A stretch of DNA of 64,000 nucleotides from an uncultured Desulfobacter sp. (GCA_963665095.1 OY762069.1:1824001-1888000); one strand, 5' to 3'; shown: positions 31,462-43,101, counted from the stretch's first letter. Made by a program: numbers and translations. Notes: generated from the sequence alone by a model not told the origin.

Positions 31462-32085
31462 ATGAAGACCGAGCACGAATGTATTCGAAGGGTTCTTGGA
31501 GCGCAAAACAGCGAAGAACTGCTGGCCGGTTACAAAGACTGGGCCGGTGGATACGACAACGATTTGATTGAATTGGGGTATGTGGCTCCCATGCTTACGG
31601 CCCAAGCCCTTATTCGTGAAGTTGATAATGCTTCTGCCAGGATACTGGATGCTGGATGCGGAACAGGACTTGTTGGCCAGTGTCTTGCCGAGTTAGGATA
31701 TCGTGAGCTTGACGCTTTGGACTATTCCCGGGAGATGCTCACTGAAGCCAGAAATAAAGGTGTGTACAAATCACATATCTGCGCGGATATGAATCAGGCA
31801 CTGGATATTCCAGCCAATACATACGACGCAGTTATTTGCGTGGGAGCCTTCACGCTCGGCCATGTGCGCCCCGAGGCCATGACTGAACTGGTCCGGATCA
31901 CCAGGCCAGGCGGAGCAATCAGCTTTACGGTCCGGGATGAAGCTTTTCAGGCCCACGACTACCGCTCCCATATGCTCAAGATGGAGGTAGATGGCGCTTG
32001 GGAAGTGAAAGAATTGCGGCGGGAGGATTACATTATAAAAGAAGAGTCGTCATGCAGACTCTGCACTTACAGGGTCGCAGCTTGA
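31462..32085 (+). CDS. Class I SAM-dependent methyltransferase
   Basis: ILDAGCGTGLVG; RBS AAGGAG. Confidence 0.88.
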   Translation: MKTEHECIRRVLGAQNSEELLAGYKDWAGGYDNDLIELGYVAPMLTAQALIREVDNASARILDAGCGTGLVGQCLAELGYRELDALDYSREMLTEARNKGVYKSHICADMNQALDIPANTYDAVICVGAFTLGHVRPEAMTELVRITRPGGAISFTVRDEAFQAHDYRSHMLKMEVDGAWEVKELRREDYIIKEESSCRLCTYRVAA

Positions 32086-32477
32086 TCGTTGAGTACCATA
32101 AATCCGGATTTTTTTATTTCTCATCAGATTTTAAGATCCGGTAATTGACAATCGTATATCCATGGTGGTATAGCCCGCTCTGAATATTATCAACATTATT
32201 TATCGAAGGTTTTTTTTGCTTTCTAAATTATTAGATATTGTGCCGGTCGTTACTGATAGAAGATAATCAGAAATGTGCTGGTGTAAATTTTAGTTTAGCC
32301 CATCCATGTATTCATACGGGGGGCAGTTATAGTTTCCGTTCGGAAATTATCTGCCACTCGTCTTTTCTGTATTATCTTTTGTCTGTAACACTCCCTTTGC
32401 TTAAAATATAGTTTCATTTCGTATAGTTAGAATAATTTTTATCTAACATTATTCAATTATTTTAAAGGGAAAAAACA

Positions 32478-33038
32478 TTGAAATTCAGAATATCAAAAAA
32501 AGAAGAACAGCCAGAAATAGAAAAAATTCACAAAGCCGCATTCGAAAAAACAGAAGGTGCACAAAAAGCTAAAATAATAGCTGATCTGGTTCACGATTTA
32601 TTTGAAGATGAAACTGCCATGCCCATACATTCATTTGTCGCACAGGAAAATAGAAAACTTCTCGGGCATGTCCTGTTTACAAAAGTGACCATCACCGATT
32701 GTCCGGTAGACGTTGAAGCACGGATTTTAGCTCCACTTGCAGTCCGACCGGAGTGTCAATCTACCGGGATCGGCACAGGTCTTATTAAGGAAGGATTACG
32801 CCGACTTAAAGAAGAAGGAATTGATCTGGTTTTCGTCTTGGGACACATTGACTATTACCCGAGATCAGGATTTATCAACGATGCTCAAAGTCTGGGGTTT
32901 AAAGCACCGTATTACATTCCCGAAGAGTTTGCCGATGCCTGGATGGTAATAGCGCTTGCCACCGGAATCATTGGTAAGGCTAAGGGGAGAGTGCAATGTG
33001 GTGATGTACTTAATCAACCCGAGCACTGGAGAGAGTAA
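32478..33038 (+). CDS. GNAT N-acetyltransferase (YhbS-like)
   Basis: [29 protein letters not shown]. Confidence 0.88.
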   Translation: MKFRISKKEEQPEIEKIHKAAFEKTEGAQKAKIIADLVHDLFEDETAMPIHSFVAQENRKLLGHVLFTKVTITDCPVDVEARILAPLAVRPECQSTGIGTGLIKEGLRRLKEEGIDLVFVLGHIDYYPRSGFINDAQSLGFKAPYYIPEEFADAWMVIALATGIIGKAKGRVQCGDVLNQPEHWRE

Positions 33039-33118
33039 TGAATACTATATCAAAAACAGGTCGTGTTCAAAGCCCAGGAAAAGGTGGAATCTATAAAAAA
33101 AATGATCAAGGAGGAATT

Positions 33119-33892
33119 ATGAATGATAAAAATAAATCCATTCATGAGTTTGATCGGGAATTGATTTGCAGGTATTTTGCAAACCTGAACCGGCAGGGGC
33201 CAGGCAGCCCTGAGGTAACCATTAAAGCATTGAGCTTTATCGATAATCTTGACGACAGGTCTCTTATCGCCGATATCGGCTGCGGATCAGGCGGGCAGAC
33301 AATGGTATTGGCGCAGAATGCGCCAGGGCAAATTACAGGTATTGATATTTTCCCTTTATTTATTGAGCTGTTCAACCGGAATGCCGAAAAACTTGAGCTC
33401 CAGGATAGAGTAAAAGGTATTGTCAAATCCATGCATGATCTTCCCTTCAAGGAAGAAGCGTTGGATCTTATATGGTCGGAAGGCGCGATCTACAATATTG
33501 GATTTGAACGCGGGCTTAATGAATGGCACAAATACCTGAAAACCGGAGGTTATATAGGTGTTTCCGAAGGAACATGGTTTACAGAGCAACGCCCTGCAGA
33601 AATTGAAGCGTTCTGGATGGATGCCTACCCGGAAATAGACACGATTTCCAATAAGACAGACCAGATGCAAAAAGCCGGATATCTACCCGTCTCTGTTTTT
33701 GTTTTGCCTGAAAGCTGCTGGACTGAAAATTATTTTGCGCCAAAGGAACCCTTGGACAAACTTTTCCTTAAAGAAAATACAGGCAATAAGGCTGCCGAAG
33801 AATTTATTGCCAACCAACGGCATGAAGCCCAATTGTATAGCAAGTACAAAGCGTATTATGGATATGTTTTCTATATAGGGAAAAAAATTTAA
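33119..33892 (+). CDS. Class I SAM-dependent methyltransferase
   Basis: [38 protein letters not shown] supports ATG 33119. Confidence 0.88.
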   Translation: MNDKNKSIHEFDRELICRYFANLNRQGPGSPEVTIKALSFIDNLDDRSLIADIGCGSGGQTMVLAQNAPGQITGIDIFPLFIELFNRNAEKLELQDRVKGIVKSMHDLPFKEEALDLIWSEGAIYNIGFERGLNEWHKYLKTGGYIGVSEGTWFTEQRPAEIEAFWMDAYPEIDTISNKTDQMQKAGYLPVSVFVLPESCWTENYFAPKEPLDKLFLKENTGNKAAEEFIANQRHEAQLYSKYKAYYGYVFYIGKKI

Positions 33893-33971
33893 ACCAGCCA
33901 ATACACCGGGCGGCCGCAGGCCGTCCGGTGATCAGTATATTGTTGACCAATATTGAAATGTGATACAGTCC

Positions 33972-35513
33972 CTATATCTTCTCAAGAAGTTGTTCATAGG
34001 TAGACAAACCGGTAACCTCTGCCGCCAGCGTGGTAAGAGGAACAATATCCTCCCGATTTATATGAGCAATTGTAAATTTTCTATTAAGAGCCATGAGCTG
34101 TTTAAGGCCGACTGACACTCTGTTGAGATATGAATAAAGACCGATTGCCCCGGTGGGAATCTGATCAGCTTCCTTGCCATATTCACCTTTTATAAGACGG
34201 AAATCAGCGAAAATTTCTTCAACGGTAGAACCGAACCGGCTGTAGGTTTTTGGTACAGTCCCGTTTTGAATGGCTTCTCCAATTTGGCGTCCTACGGTAG
34301 CAGAAGCCATGGCAGAACGGCCCAGAGCTATCATAGTGATATAAGGAGCTCCGAGCGCAAGTCCTTTGAATATCTGATCTTCTGTTGCAAATCCGCCGGC
34401 CATAGCAATTGGCGGGAGTGGTTTGTTATTTTTTTCAAGCTTTTTCAGAATACGGTATACAATGGTTTCAAGCGTTACCGTGGGCATGCCCCATTCATTC
34501 ATCATTTTTACGGGACTGTGTCCTGTTCCGCCGCCAGCGCCATCAAGGGTAACAAGATCAACCTTTGCTTCAGATGCAACTTCAAGAATGGTACGGATAT
34601 CCCGTGGATCAAAAGGGCCTGTTTTAAAACAGATACGCTTTGCTCCTGATTCTCTCAATTGGGCAACGCGTTTTAAAAGATATTCAGGAGTCCATATAGG
34701 CAATTTATCGATCTTTTCAAAAACAGGTCCGATCCCTTTTGAAAAATTTTCTGCAATCTGTGGATCTTCCGGATCAGGGATAATGTTATACCCGAGTTTT
34801 TTGAAGTTAAGTGCCGTTTTGAAATCGGTGATTTTACTCATGCCCTGAATACCTTTTGCGGCCTGCCCGAATTTAAGCTCAACAGACCTGATGCCAAGAT
34901 ACTTAATGGCATATTCAAGAACGCCCAGATAGTCGTCATCAAAATTTGCCTGAAGAACGATATCTCCCTTGCCTTTACAGTATTTTTTGTAGGTTTGAAC
35001 CATTTTTTCTAATAAAGGAGACTTCACAACTTTCTGATTTTCTGTGGCCAGCCCTGGGTCCTTGGCAACGACCGCCTCCCCGATAACAACAGGAACGCCA
35101 AAAATAGCTGCGCCGGTGTAATATTCTTTCCATGCAAGCTTTGCGATTGCCGGAAGAATAAAGGGGCCGGTAATACTGGTTTTATGGTGAATCCCAAAAC
35201 TTGATGAAATTTCAGCATAGGGGAAAGCTGTTTTATATGGATCTTCGGGAGCGCCCCAGGCACCGAATACGCGGCCATTAATATTAAAATGGGAGAAATC
35301 AAGGGGATACTTTTTTTCAGAGGCAAATTGGTATATATCGGAGGCAAAAGGAACAAGTGCTTCTGTCCCTCTAATGGCAGAAAGACCTATTTCACATAAT
35401 CCCGTGCAGTCACTGGTACAAACAGAACACATTCCTGAAACATCCGTAATGTGTTTGGGATTTCTCATCTTTGTATTGGTAATGGGACTTCCCATTGCTG
35501 GGCTGTAACTCAT
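33972..35513 (-). CDS. FMN-binding glutamate synthase family protein
   Basis: Cys cluster CSVCTSDCTGLC, ELKFGQAAKG, DGAGGGTG, AGGFATE. Confidence 0.85.
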   Translation of the reverse strand: MSYSPAMGSPITNTKMRNPKHITDVSGMCSVCTSDCTGLCEIGLSAIRGTEALVPFASDIYQFASEKKYPLDFSHFNINGRVFGAWGAPEDPYKTAFPYAEISSSFGIHHKTSITGPFILPAIAKLAWKEYYTGAAIFGVPVVIGEAVVAKDPGLATENQKVVKSPLLEKMVQTYKKYCKGKGDIVLQANFDDDYLGVLEYAIKYLGIRSVELKFGQAAKGIQGMSKITDFKTALNFKKLGYNIIPDPEDPQIAENFSKGIGPVFEKIDKLPIWTPEYLLKRVAQLRESGAKRICFKTGPFDPRDIRTILEVASEAKVDLVTLDGAGGGTGHSPVKMMNEWGMPTVTLETIVYRILKKLEKNNKPLPPIAMAGGFATEDQIFKGLALGAPYITMIALGRSAMASATVGRQIGEAIQNGTVPKTYSRFGSTVEEIFADFRLIKGEYGKEADQIPTGAIGLYSYLNRVSVGLKQLMALNRKFTIAHINREDIVPLTTLAAEVTGLSTYEQLLEKI

Positions 35514-35614
35514 TTTATTTTCTCCCTATGGTTTACTTTAAGCGGAATTATACTGGGGGATGGAGATGGGTCAACTTCAGGGGTAGACCCTGCTTCTTTG
35601 CAATATATTTTTTT

Positions 35615-38230
35615 CTACCATCGACCATCAAGAACCTCCCGGATAGTCTTAGACAAATCCTCCCGAAGGACAGGTTTCATTATAAACGCTTTGATTCCGG
35701 CCATCTCAGCCTTCTTTTTTGTGATCAATTCGCTATATCCCGTGCTCAACACAATTGGCATACCCGGAACCCTTTTAAATATCTGTTTGGCTAATTCAAA
35801 GCCGGTCATATGGGGCATGGTCATGTCTGTGATCACCAGGTCATAATTATCGGGGTTCCGACTAATTTCTTCCAGTGCCTTCCGGCTGTCATCAATGGCC
35901 GTGACCTTATATCCAAGCATTTCAATGGACATTTGCTGTATTTCCAAAATGGTGGGCTCATCATCAACCAAGAGTATCCGTTCTGTGCCGGCTTGAAGGA
36001 TTACTTCTCCCGAATCGCTTGTATCCTGATCGTCTGTTTCAAATTTAGGAAAATAAATATGTATATTGGTACCCTGGCCCGGTTCACTATAAATCCTTAT
36101 TTCCCCGCCGCAAGATTTTACGATCCCATGCACAACAGACAGCCCAAGGCCTGTCCCCTCTCCTACTCTTTTGGTGGTGAAATAAGGGTCAAAGACTTTC
36201 TCTAAAACAGCCTTATCCATGCCGTGCCCAGTGTCGCTAATTTCAAGAAAAAGGTAGCTGCCGATTTTTAGATTAAACCCAGGGAACAGAAACTCCAAGT
36301 TTGATATCTTTTTTTCTGAAAGGGAAACGCCGATCACACCACCTGTTTCTCTCATGGCATGATAAGCGTTGGTGCAAAGATTCATGACGATCTGATGAAT
36401 TTGCGTGGGATCTGCAAGTATTGTCCCTAACCCGTTAGGAATATCCTGTTTGATTTCTATTGTTGTCGGAAGTGTCGAACGTAAAAGTTTAAGTGCCTCC
36501 TTAATTATCAATTCTGGCTGTAACGGCTTTGTTTCTTGTTCTGACTGCCTGCTGAACAATAGAATTTGCTTAACCAGATCCCTTGCCCGAAGCGCTGCCG
36601 TTATAATCTGGTCCTGCATTCTCATAGTAGGATCGGCCGATGAAAGGGAGGTCTTAATCAGTTCTGCATAGCCTAAAATAGCACCCAAAATATTGTTGAA
36701 GTCATGGGCGATGCCTCCGGCCAGTGTGCCTACTGCCTCCATCTTCTGAGCCTGATGGAGCATAGCTTCCAGTTTCTTCGTCTCTTTTTCAGCCTGCTTT
36801 TGTTTTGTCAGCTCGATACCGGTACCTATAATGAAAGTTTCGTCGGAATGCTTGAAACTCTGGGCAACTAAAAGAAAAGGCTTTACCCCCCCATCTTTGG
36901 TCTTTATGTTAAATTCAGCGCTTTCACGGCCATATTTTAATACCCGTGTAACCGCATCTTTCATACTTGGTAGGTCTTGTTCGCGAAAAAACATTGATAT
37001 ATTGACATTCTGGAGTTCTTCCATGGAAAAACCCAAAAGATTTTTATGCTGGTAATTACATTTCGTTAAAAAGAACTGATCTCCTTTTTGTTTGTATAAA
37101 AAGAAAAGTCCTGGAAGGCTGTTAATAAGGTTATCGGAAAAATTCATTTCTTTAACCAAATCGTTTTTGATCTTTATTTGTTCCGTAATGTCACGGGCCT
37201 CAGCTAACAGAAAAGAAACATCTCCGTTTTCATCAAAAATTGGCGTTAGGCTAGTATCCATATCATGCACATCCTGGTTCGGCCGGGTGTGGATGGCATT
37301 AAAACGACAAAACTCACCTTTAGCACAATTGTTAATAGCTTCTTTTAACCGGGTTGTAGACCCATTTCCCTGCCACCATGGAGTTTCCCACAAAGGAGCC
37401 CCGATGACTGACGCTTCATCCTGTTCGATGAAATCCAAAGCGGATTGGTTGATTTTTGTTAATTTCCCGTCAACGGACAAGGTCCCTATGAACTGGAAAG
37501 TGTTGTGAAATATTGCGGCAAGCTCACGCTCCGCTTTTTTAAGCATGGCGTTTTGGGCGCGGATCTCTTTCATTGATGCCAGAACCAAAATAAAAAGAAG
37601 GGCCAAAAGAATAATTGTCAAACCTGCAATTTCCAGGATATAGGCACCCTGGCTTTTACGAAGGTCCCCCATATACTGCCCGGTGCCGATATAGCAATTT
37701 ATTTCTGGAATCCCAATAACAAAAGAAATTTTTTCCTGGGGGGCTGCCTGACCTGGCCTTTGATAGTGATACGACACATAGCCTTGCCCGTCCTTTGACT
37801 GTGCGACTTCTACCAATTCCCTTATGATATAAACACCATAATGATCTTTCAGGTCCCAAACATCACTCATTTCTTTTTCAGGCTCAAAGGGCTGGACAAG
37901 CATAATGCCGTCATAGGAGCTCATAAAAATATAATTTTTACCTATATGATCATTGTAAATCATCAGCCGGACACGATTGCGAATTTCAGTAAGAGCTTCG
38001 TTCCTGGATATTTTTTGACTACGGTATTCCATAAGAATTGGTTCTATGGAATTTCGGGCGATCTGAACAGATCGTTTTAAATGACGCAGTCTTTGCGCTT
38101 TAATTTCACCCATGTATTTGTAGGCGATGAAACCAGAGAAGCAGATGAACACAAAGCCAAGAACGATACCGGTAAAGATTACTTTATAGCGGTTCAGTTT
38201 TAGAATAAATGTTTCATTATCATTCGCCAT
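35615..38230 (-). CDS. Cache-PAS-PAS hybrid sensor histidine kinase
   Basis: Two TM segments around a Cache domain; AGGIAHDFNN, NLCTNA, GTGLGL; C-terminal receiver domain. Confidence 0.92.
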   Translation of the reverse strand: MANDNETFILKLNRYKVIFTGIVLGFVFICFSGFIAYKYMGEIKAQRLRHLKRSVQIARNSIEPILMEYRSQKISRNEALTEIRNRVRLMIYNDHIGKNYIFMSSYDGIMLVQPFEPEKEMSDVWDLKDHYGVYIIRELVEVAQSKDGQGYVSYHYQRPGQAAPQEKISFVIGIPEINCYIGTGQYMGDLRKSQGAYILEIAGLTIILLALLFILVLASMKEIRAQNAMLKKAERELAAIFHNTFQFIGTLSVDGKLTKINQSALDFIEQDEASVIGAPLWETPWWQGNGSTTRLKEAINNCAKGEFCRFNAIHTRPNQDVHDMDTSLTPIFDENGDVSFLLAEARDITEQIKIKNDLVKEMNFSDNLINSLPGLFFLYKQKGDQFFLTKCNYQHKNLLGFSMEELQNVNISMFFREQDLPSMKDAVTRVLKYGRESAEFNIKTKDGGVKPFLLVAQSFKHSDETFIIGTGIELTKQKQAEKETKKLEAMLHQAQKMEAVGTLAGGIAHDFNNILGAILGYAELIKTSLSSADPTMRMQDQIITAALRARDLVKQILLFSRQSEQETKPLQPELIIKEALKLLRSTLPTTIEIKQDIPNGLGTILADPTQIHQIVMNLCTNAYHAMRETGGVIGVSLSEKKISNLEFLFPGFNLKIGSYLFLEISDTGHGMDKAVLEKVFDPYFTTKRVGEGTGLGLSVVHGIVKSCGGEIRIYSEPGQGTNIHIYFPKFETDDQDTSDSGEVILQAGTERILLVDDEPTILEIQQMSIEMLGYKVTAIDDSRKALEEISRNPDNYDLVITDMTMPHMTGFELAKQIFKRVPGMPIVLSTGYSELITKKKAEMAGIKAFIMKPVLREDLSKTIREVLDGRW

Positions 38231-38418
38231 CTCTTCCTCTTTCGCATCCAGGTTGTGATCAGACTAAGCATGATCTATGAGATCGGACAAATACTTCTGA
38301 TAATGTATCAAAATTTTTTAAAGGTTTATATGATAAGTATTTGATGCTTCCGTTTCCGCATATCAAAACCCCCAAAAAGCCTCTGGACAATGAAAAAACG
38401 GCACTGTCGATAAAAGTG

Positions 38419-41400
38419 TCAGGCTATGGCTGAAAGAATTTGCCGCGTTTCCAGAAGTGCCCGGGAAATATTATTACGTTTGTGCCCCAGCTGTATGCGG
38501 GCGCTGGTCTTTTTCAAGAATTTGACATCGCCCTCTTTTCTCAGAGCCGCTTCCACATCGGTCAGACTCCGGGTCATGTGTTCCGCAGAGAATTCCAGAA
38601 CCAGCACATCAGGGGTCACATCCAGGCGTTTAACACCGGCCTTGATGGCAAATATGCGCAGCATAATTTTAAGCAGCATGTTTTCCGCGGGTTTGGGCAG
38701 TTTGCCATACCGGTCTTCAAGCTCCTTTTTCATGTCTGAAATATCCCCCACCCGGGTCAGCCGGGACAACCTTCGGTAGATGGTCAGGCGCTGCTCCACA
38801 GATTCGATGTACTCCTCGGGAAACCCAGATGACATGGAGGCATTGATTTCTGGCTCCAGAGGATCTGTCACATGCTCGCCTTTCATGTCCTTTACGGCAT
38901 GATCCAGCAGTTTAAGAAACATATCATAGCCCACCGCGGCAATGTGGCCGGACTGGGAGGCACCCAGCGCTGTGCCGGCGCCGCGGATCTGAAGGTCTTT
39001 CATGGCAATCTGGAAACCTGACCCCAGATCCCGGTGTTCCATGAGGGCGGCAAGGCGTTTTCTGGCATCTTTGGTCAGCCGGTCTTCATCGGAAATAAAC
39101 AGATAGGCATAGGCCTGGTGGTCGCCGCGGCCGATGCGGCCCCGAAGCTGGTAGATCTGGGAAAGACCAAAGCGTTCAGCCTTGTCAATGATCATGGTGT
39201 TGGCACTGGGGATATCCAGGCCCGACTCAATGATGGTGGTACAGACCAGGACATTGATATCCTGGTTGATGAATTTCACCATCACCTTTTCAAGTTCGGT
39301 TTCGGACAATCTGCCGTGGGCCACCCCGACGCTGGCATCAGGGACCAGTTTCTGGATATTTTCCGCTGCCTTGAAGATGGATTTTATATTGTTGTGCACA
39401 AAAAAGACCTGACCGTCCCGGGCCAGTTCCTTTTCAACGGCTTCCCTGACCAGGGCGTCATCATATGTGGTGATATAGGAGACAATGGGCTGGCGGTCTG
39501 CCGGCGGCGTGGTGATCACTGAAATATCGCGCATGCCGGTTAAAGACATGTGCAGGGTCCTTGGGATGGGGGTGGCAGACAACGCAAGCACATCCACACT
39601 GGCCCGTTTCTTTTTCAGGGCCTCCTTGTGCTTGACCCCGAACCGCTGCTCCTCGTCAATGATCAGAAGGCCCAGTGTTTTAAAGATAACATCCTTTTGC
39701 AAGAGGCGGTGGGTGCCAATGACAATGTCCACTGTGCCTGCTTGTGTACGTTTAAGAATGTCAGTCTGCTGGGTCCTGGTCCTGAATCGTGACAGACACT
39801 CTATGATTACCGGATAATTTTTAAACCGGTCCCGAAACGTGTTTAAATGCTGCTCTGCAAGAATTGTGGTGGGTACCACCAGGGCCACCTGCAAGCCATC
39901 GTTCACAGCTTTGAAAGCTGCCCGGATGGCCACTTCGGTCTTTCCATACCCCACATCTCCACACACCAGCCGGTCCATGGGAGTCTCTTTTTCCATATCC
40001 AGGTGGACATCATCAATGGCACGCAGCTGGTCCCTTGTCTCTTCATAGGGAAAGGATGCTTCAAAATCATTGTAATAGTTGTCCGGCCGGCTGAAGGCAA
40101 AGCCCTTGGCCACCCTTCGCCGGGCATAGAGATCCAGAAGATCGGCTGCCATCTTCTCCACTTCGGCACGGGCCTTGGCCTTGGAGTTGGTCCAGGATTT
40201 TGCCCCGATCTTGTCCAGTACCGGGGTATACCCGTCCACCCCAATGTACTTGCCGATTACCTCCATCCGGTCCACAGGCACATAAAGTTTGTCATCGTCC
40301 TGGTAGACCACCAGGATAAAATCCTGGGTAATGCCGGATACGGTCAGGCTGAAAAGTCCTTCATACCGCCCTACCCCGTGCTCCATATGGACCACAATGT
40401 CTCCGTCTTTCAACTCTTCCGGGGCTATGAATTCCGATTTCAGGTCCCGCCGGGCCGAGGCTCTGCGCCGGATCCGCTTGGGGCCGAAGATCTCCTCTTC
40501 CGTCACAAGGCAGAATTTCTCAAATGCCGGCACAAATCCGGTGCTGAGCCGCCCCACCGTATAAAAAATGCCCGAGGAAGCGGCTTCCATGGCAGCAAAA
40601 TTTTTACAGAACTGCGGCTCAATGCCATAGGGAGCAAGCAGTGAATTCAACCGTTTTGCCTGGGCCTCCTGGCTGAGCACAAACAAAATGCAGGCACTTT
40701 CACGGATTTTTCCCTCAATCCAGGTCACAAGAGGTTCTAATGGCGTGGCGTCTTTGGTACGGGTACGCAAAGATTCAGTCAGTGCCCGGTTGTCAGAACA
40801 GGCAGGGGTCAGCACATTGGCACGGGTCCGGTCCTCTTCCAGAATGATCTCTTTAAAGGAAAGGGTGTTCAGTGCCTGGATTCTTTTTTCAACTGTCTCC
40901 CAGTCCGGGCCGTTTAGTTCCGGAGGCAGGCACAGCTGTTTCTCATCAGCAAGTTCATTAAAACCGTTTTTGAGCAGGGCATAATGGTCCCGGGCCTTAA
41001 ACGCCAGACTCTGGGTACTGTCCAGGGCAATAAAAATAGTATCAGGAAGAAAGTCAAAAAGCGTAGACGGCGTTTTATATACAATGGGTAAAAGGCTTTC
41101 AATGCCGTCAAACCGCCCCCTGTCCCGAATTTTTGTGACATATCCCCTGATCTGGTCGGCCAAAAGTCCGGCCCGGGCACCTGCCTGGCGCAGGCGGGCC
41201 TGGACATGGGGCAGTTCCTCTTTGGTAATGACAGCTTCCGTGGCCGGAACAATGATAATTTCAGACAGCTCCCTGGTGCCTCTTTGAGAATAGGGTGAAA
41301 AATAGCGGATGGATTCCACAAGGTCTCCGAAAAATTCCAGGCGCACCGGCTGTTTGTGCCCCGGGGAAAATACATCCACAATGCCGCCGCGCACGGCATA

Positions 41401-41895
41401 CTCACCAGGATCTTCCACCAGTGTGGCCCTGCTGTACCCGCAGGCTTCAAGATTCTCAACAAATTTGTCCCGGTCAATTTCCTCGTTGGCCATGACCAGT
41501 TCACAAAAACCAGCCATCACCTCCCTGGGAATCATATATGATAAAAGGGTCTGAACGCAGGTAACCAGAATAAATTTATCCCGGATGGTTTCGGTAATCT
41601 TATACAGCGCCCCCATCCTTGCGGTACTCGCCTCCCTGTAGTAGGAAGAAGATTTAACGCCGGGGTATCGGGTGTCTGAAAAATTTACAATACGGCCCCG
41701 ATCCTCAGGCAGAAAAAATTGAAGATCGTTTATAAATGCTTCTGCGGTTTTGGGATCCGGCAGAACCAGCATCAAGGGCTGGTCAAATCGCTGATAGAGT
41801 GACGCGATGACCCAGGCTTTAGGGGCACTGCCGCCATCCAAGGTAACAAGGGTGTGACGGTTTTTTTTTAATGAGGAAAAAATGGTATCAATCAT
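38419..41895 (-). CDS. mfd: Transcription-repair coupling factor
   Basis: RGGIVDVF, CarD-like HGVGRY, GDVGYGKT, DEEQRFG, QLRGRIGR, TRCF C-terminus. Confidence 0.97.
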   Translation of the reverse strand: MIDTIFSSLKKNRHTLVTLDGGSAPKAWVIASLYQRFDQPLMLVLPDPKTAEAFINDLQFFLPEDRGRIVNFSDTRYPGVKSSSYYREASTARMGALYKITETIRDKFILVTCVQTLLSYMIPREVMAGFCELVMANEEIDRDKFVENLEACGYSRATLVEDPGEYAVRGGIVDVFSPGHKQPVRLEFFGDLVESIRYFSPYSQRGTRELSEIIIVPATEAVITKEELPHVQARLRQAGARAGLLADQIRGYVTKIRDRGRFDGIESLLPIVYKTPSTLFDFLPDTIFIALDSTQSLAFKARDHYALLKNGFNELADEKQLCLPPELNGPDWETVEKRIQALNTLSFKEIILEEDRTRANVLTPACSDNRALTESLRTRTKDATPLEPLVTWIEGKIRESACILFVLSQEAQAKRLNSLLAPYGIEPQFCKNFAAMEAASSGIFYTVGRLSTGFVPAFEKFCLVTEEEIFGPKRIRRRASARRDLKSEFIAPEELKDGDIVVHMEHGVGRYEGLFSLTVSGITQDFILVVYQDDDKLYVPVDRMEVIGKYIGVDGYTPVLDKIGAKSWTNSKAKARAEVEKMAADLLDLYARRRVAKGFAFSRPDNYYNDFEASFPYEETRDQLRAIDDVHLDMEKETPMDRLVCGDVGYGKTEVAIRAAFKAVNDGLQVALVVPTTILAEQHLNTFRDRFKNYPVIIECLSRFRTRTQQTDILKRTQAGTVDIVIGTHRLLQKDVIFKTLGLLIIDEEQRFGVKHKEALKKKRASVDVLALSATPIPRTLHMSLTGMRDISVITTPPADRQPIVSYITTYDDALVREAVEKELARDGQVFFVHNNIKSIFKAAENIQKLVPDASVGVAHGRLSETELEKVMVKFINQDINVLVCTTIIESGLDIPSANTMIIDKAERFGLSQIYQLRGRIGRGDHQAYAYLFISDEDRLTKDARKRLAALMEHRDLGSGFQIAMKDLQIRGAGTALGASQSGHIAAVGYDMFLKLLDHAVKDMKGEHVTDPLEPEINASMSSGFPEEYIESVEQRLTIYRRLSRLTRVGDISDMKKELEDRYGKLPKPAENMLLKIMLRIFAIKAGVKRLDVTPDVLVLEFSAEHMTRSLTDVEAALRKEGDVKFLKKTSARIQLGHKRNNISRALLETRQILSAIA

Positions 41896-42213
41896 TGTAT
41901 CTAAAAAGGCACTTCAGTCGGGCAATATGTCTTCCCGTAAAATTAAAAGGAATAATTCTAACCCGCTTATTTCATGGCATTTTGAAATATTGCTGGTTAA
42001 CAAGCCTTGGAATTTATCATTCCGGACATCACTGCGCAAGTTTTAATCCGACAATGCCTGTGTGAATTTTCTCTGATCGGCAATCCGCATGATTTCAAAA
42101 ATTCCTGACCCATGGGGCATTTCATCCATGAAGTTCTTAAAGCACATCAAGCCCCCCCTTCTTCAGGACCTTGCTCTATTTTATGGCCAAAAAACAACTG
42201 CGCAGACACCCGA

Positions 42214-43101
42214 TTATTTCCTGGGATGAAAGGTATTATGCATTTTGATCAGGTAATCCCTTGAAATATGTGTATAAATCTGGGTGGTGGAGATATCGGA
42301 ATGGCCCAGCATGGTCTGCACGGAACGAAGGTCCGCCCCGCCCTCTATCAGGTGGGTGGCAAAGGAGTGCCGCAGGGTATGGGGAGACACCGGCTTTAAG
42401 ATACCGGCGATGGCTGCCTGTTTTTTAATGATTTTCCAGAACGCCTGCCGGGTCATGGGGCGGCCGGCCCTTGCCGTAAACAGGTAATCGCTGGGAATCT
42501 GCTTTAACTCCAGGGGCCGGCCCCGGGTAAGCCAGAGCCTGCCTGCAGCCTGGGCCTTGGAGCCCACAGGCACAATCCGCTCCCTGGAACCTTTTCCCAT
42601 AACCCGGACCAGTCCACTGTCAAGGTTCACATCCAGCACTTTGAGGTTCACAAGTTCTGATACCCTGAGTCCTGCCCCGTACATGATCTCCATCATGGCA
42701 AGGTTTCTTAATCCTTTTGGGGTAGTGGACGGGCATGAGTCAAGCAGCATTTCAATTTCAGCGACCGAAATTACAGCCGGCAGGTAGCGGCCGGTTTTGG
42801 GGATATCAATATCCTTGATGGGGTTGGTGTGAATCAGTTTTTCACCGGTGAGATATTTATAAAACCCGCGGATGGCAATCAGGTGTCTTGCCCGGGATTT
42901 GGCGGACAGCCCCTGGCGGTTCAGCTGAACCAGCCATCCAAGGATGGCTGTGGCGTCTGCATGGGAAATATCGGGAATGCCGTTGCTTTCCAGATAGTTC
43001 AGATAGGAGGCAAGATCTGCGCTGTAGGCGGTGATGCTGTTGGGGGAAAGCCCTTTTTCAATGGTCAGGTAATCCATGTATGCGTCTGCCAACTCATGCA
43101 T
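42214..43101 (-). CDS. xerD: Site-specific tyrosine recombinase XerD
   Basis: GLRVSEL, GKGSRER, HTLRHSFATH, LGHSDISTTQIY; likely start MHELADAY at 43101. Confidence 0.88.
   Translation of the reverse strand: MHELADAYMDYLTIEKGLSPNSITAYSADLASYLNYLESNGIPDISHADATAILGWLVQLNRQGLSAKSRARHLIAIRGFYKYLTGEKLIHTNPIKDIDIPKTGRYLPAVISVAEIEMLLDSCPSTTPKGLRNLAMMEIMYGAGLRVSELVNLKVLDVNLDSGLVRVMGKGSRERIVPVGSKAQAAGRLWLTRGRPLELKQIPSDYLFTARAGRPMTRQAFWKIIKKQAAIAGILKPVSPHTLRHSFATHLIEGGADLRSVQTMLGHSDISTTQIYTHISRDYLIKMHNTFHPRK

Noticed and set aside
42214..43101. XerD as the island integrase
   Set aside because: Housekeeping XerD signature and context next to mfd; no att repeats or tRNA found at the island edges.
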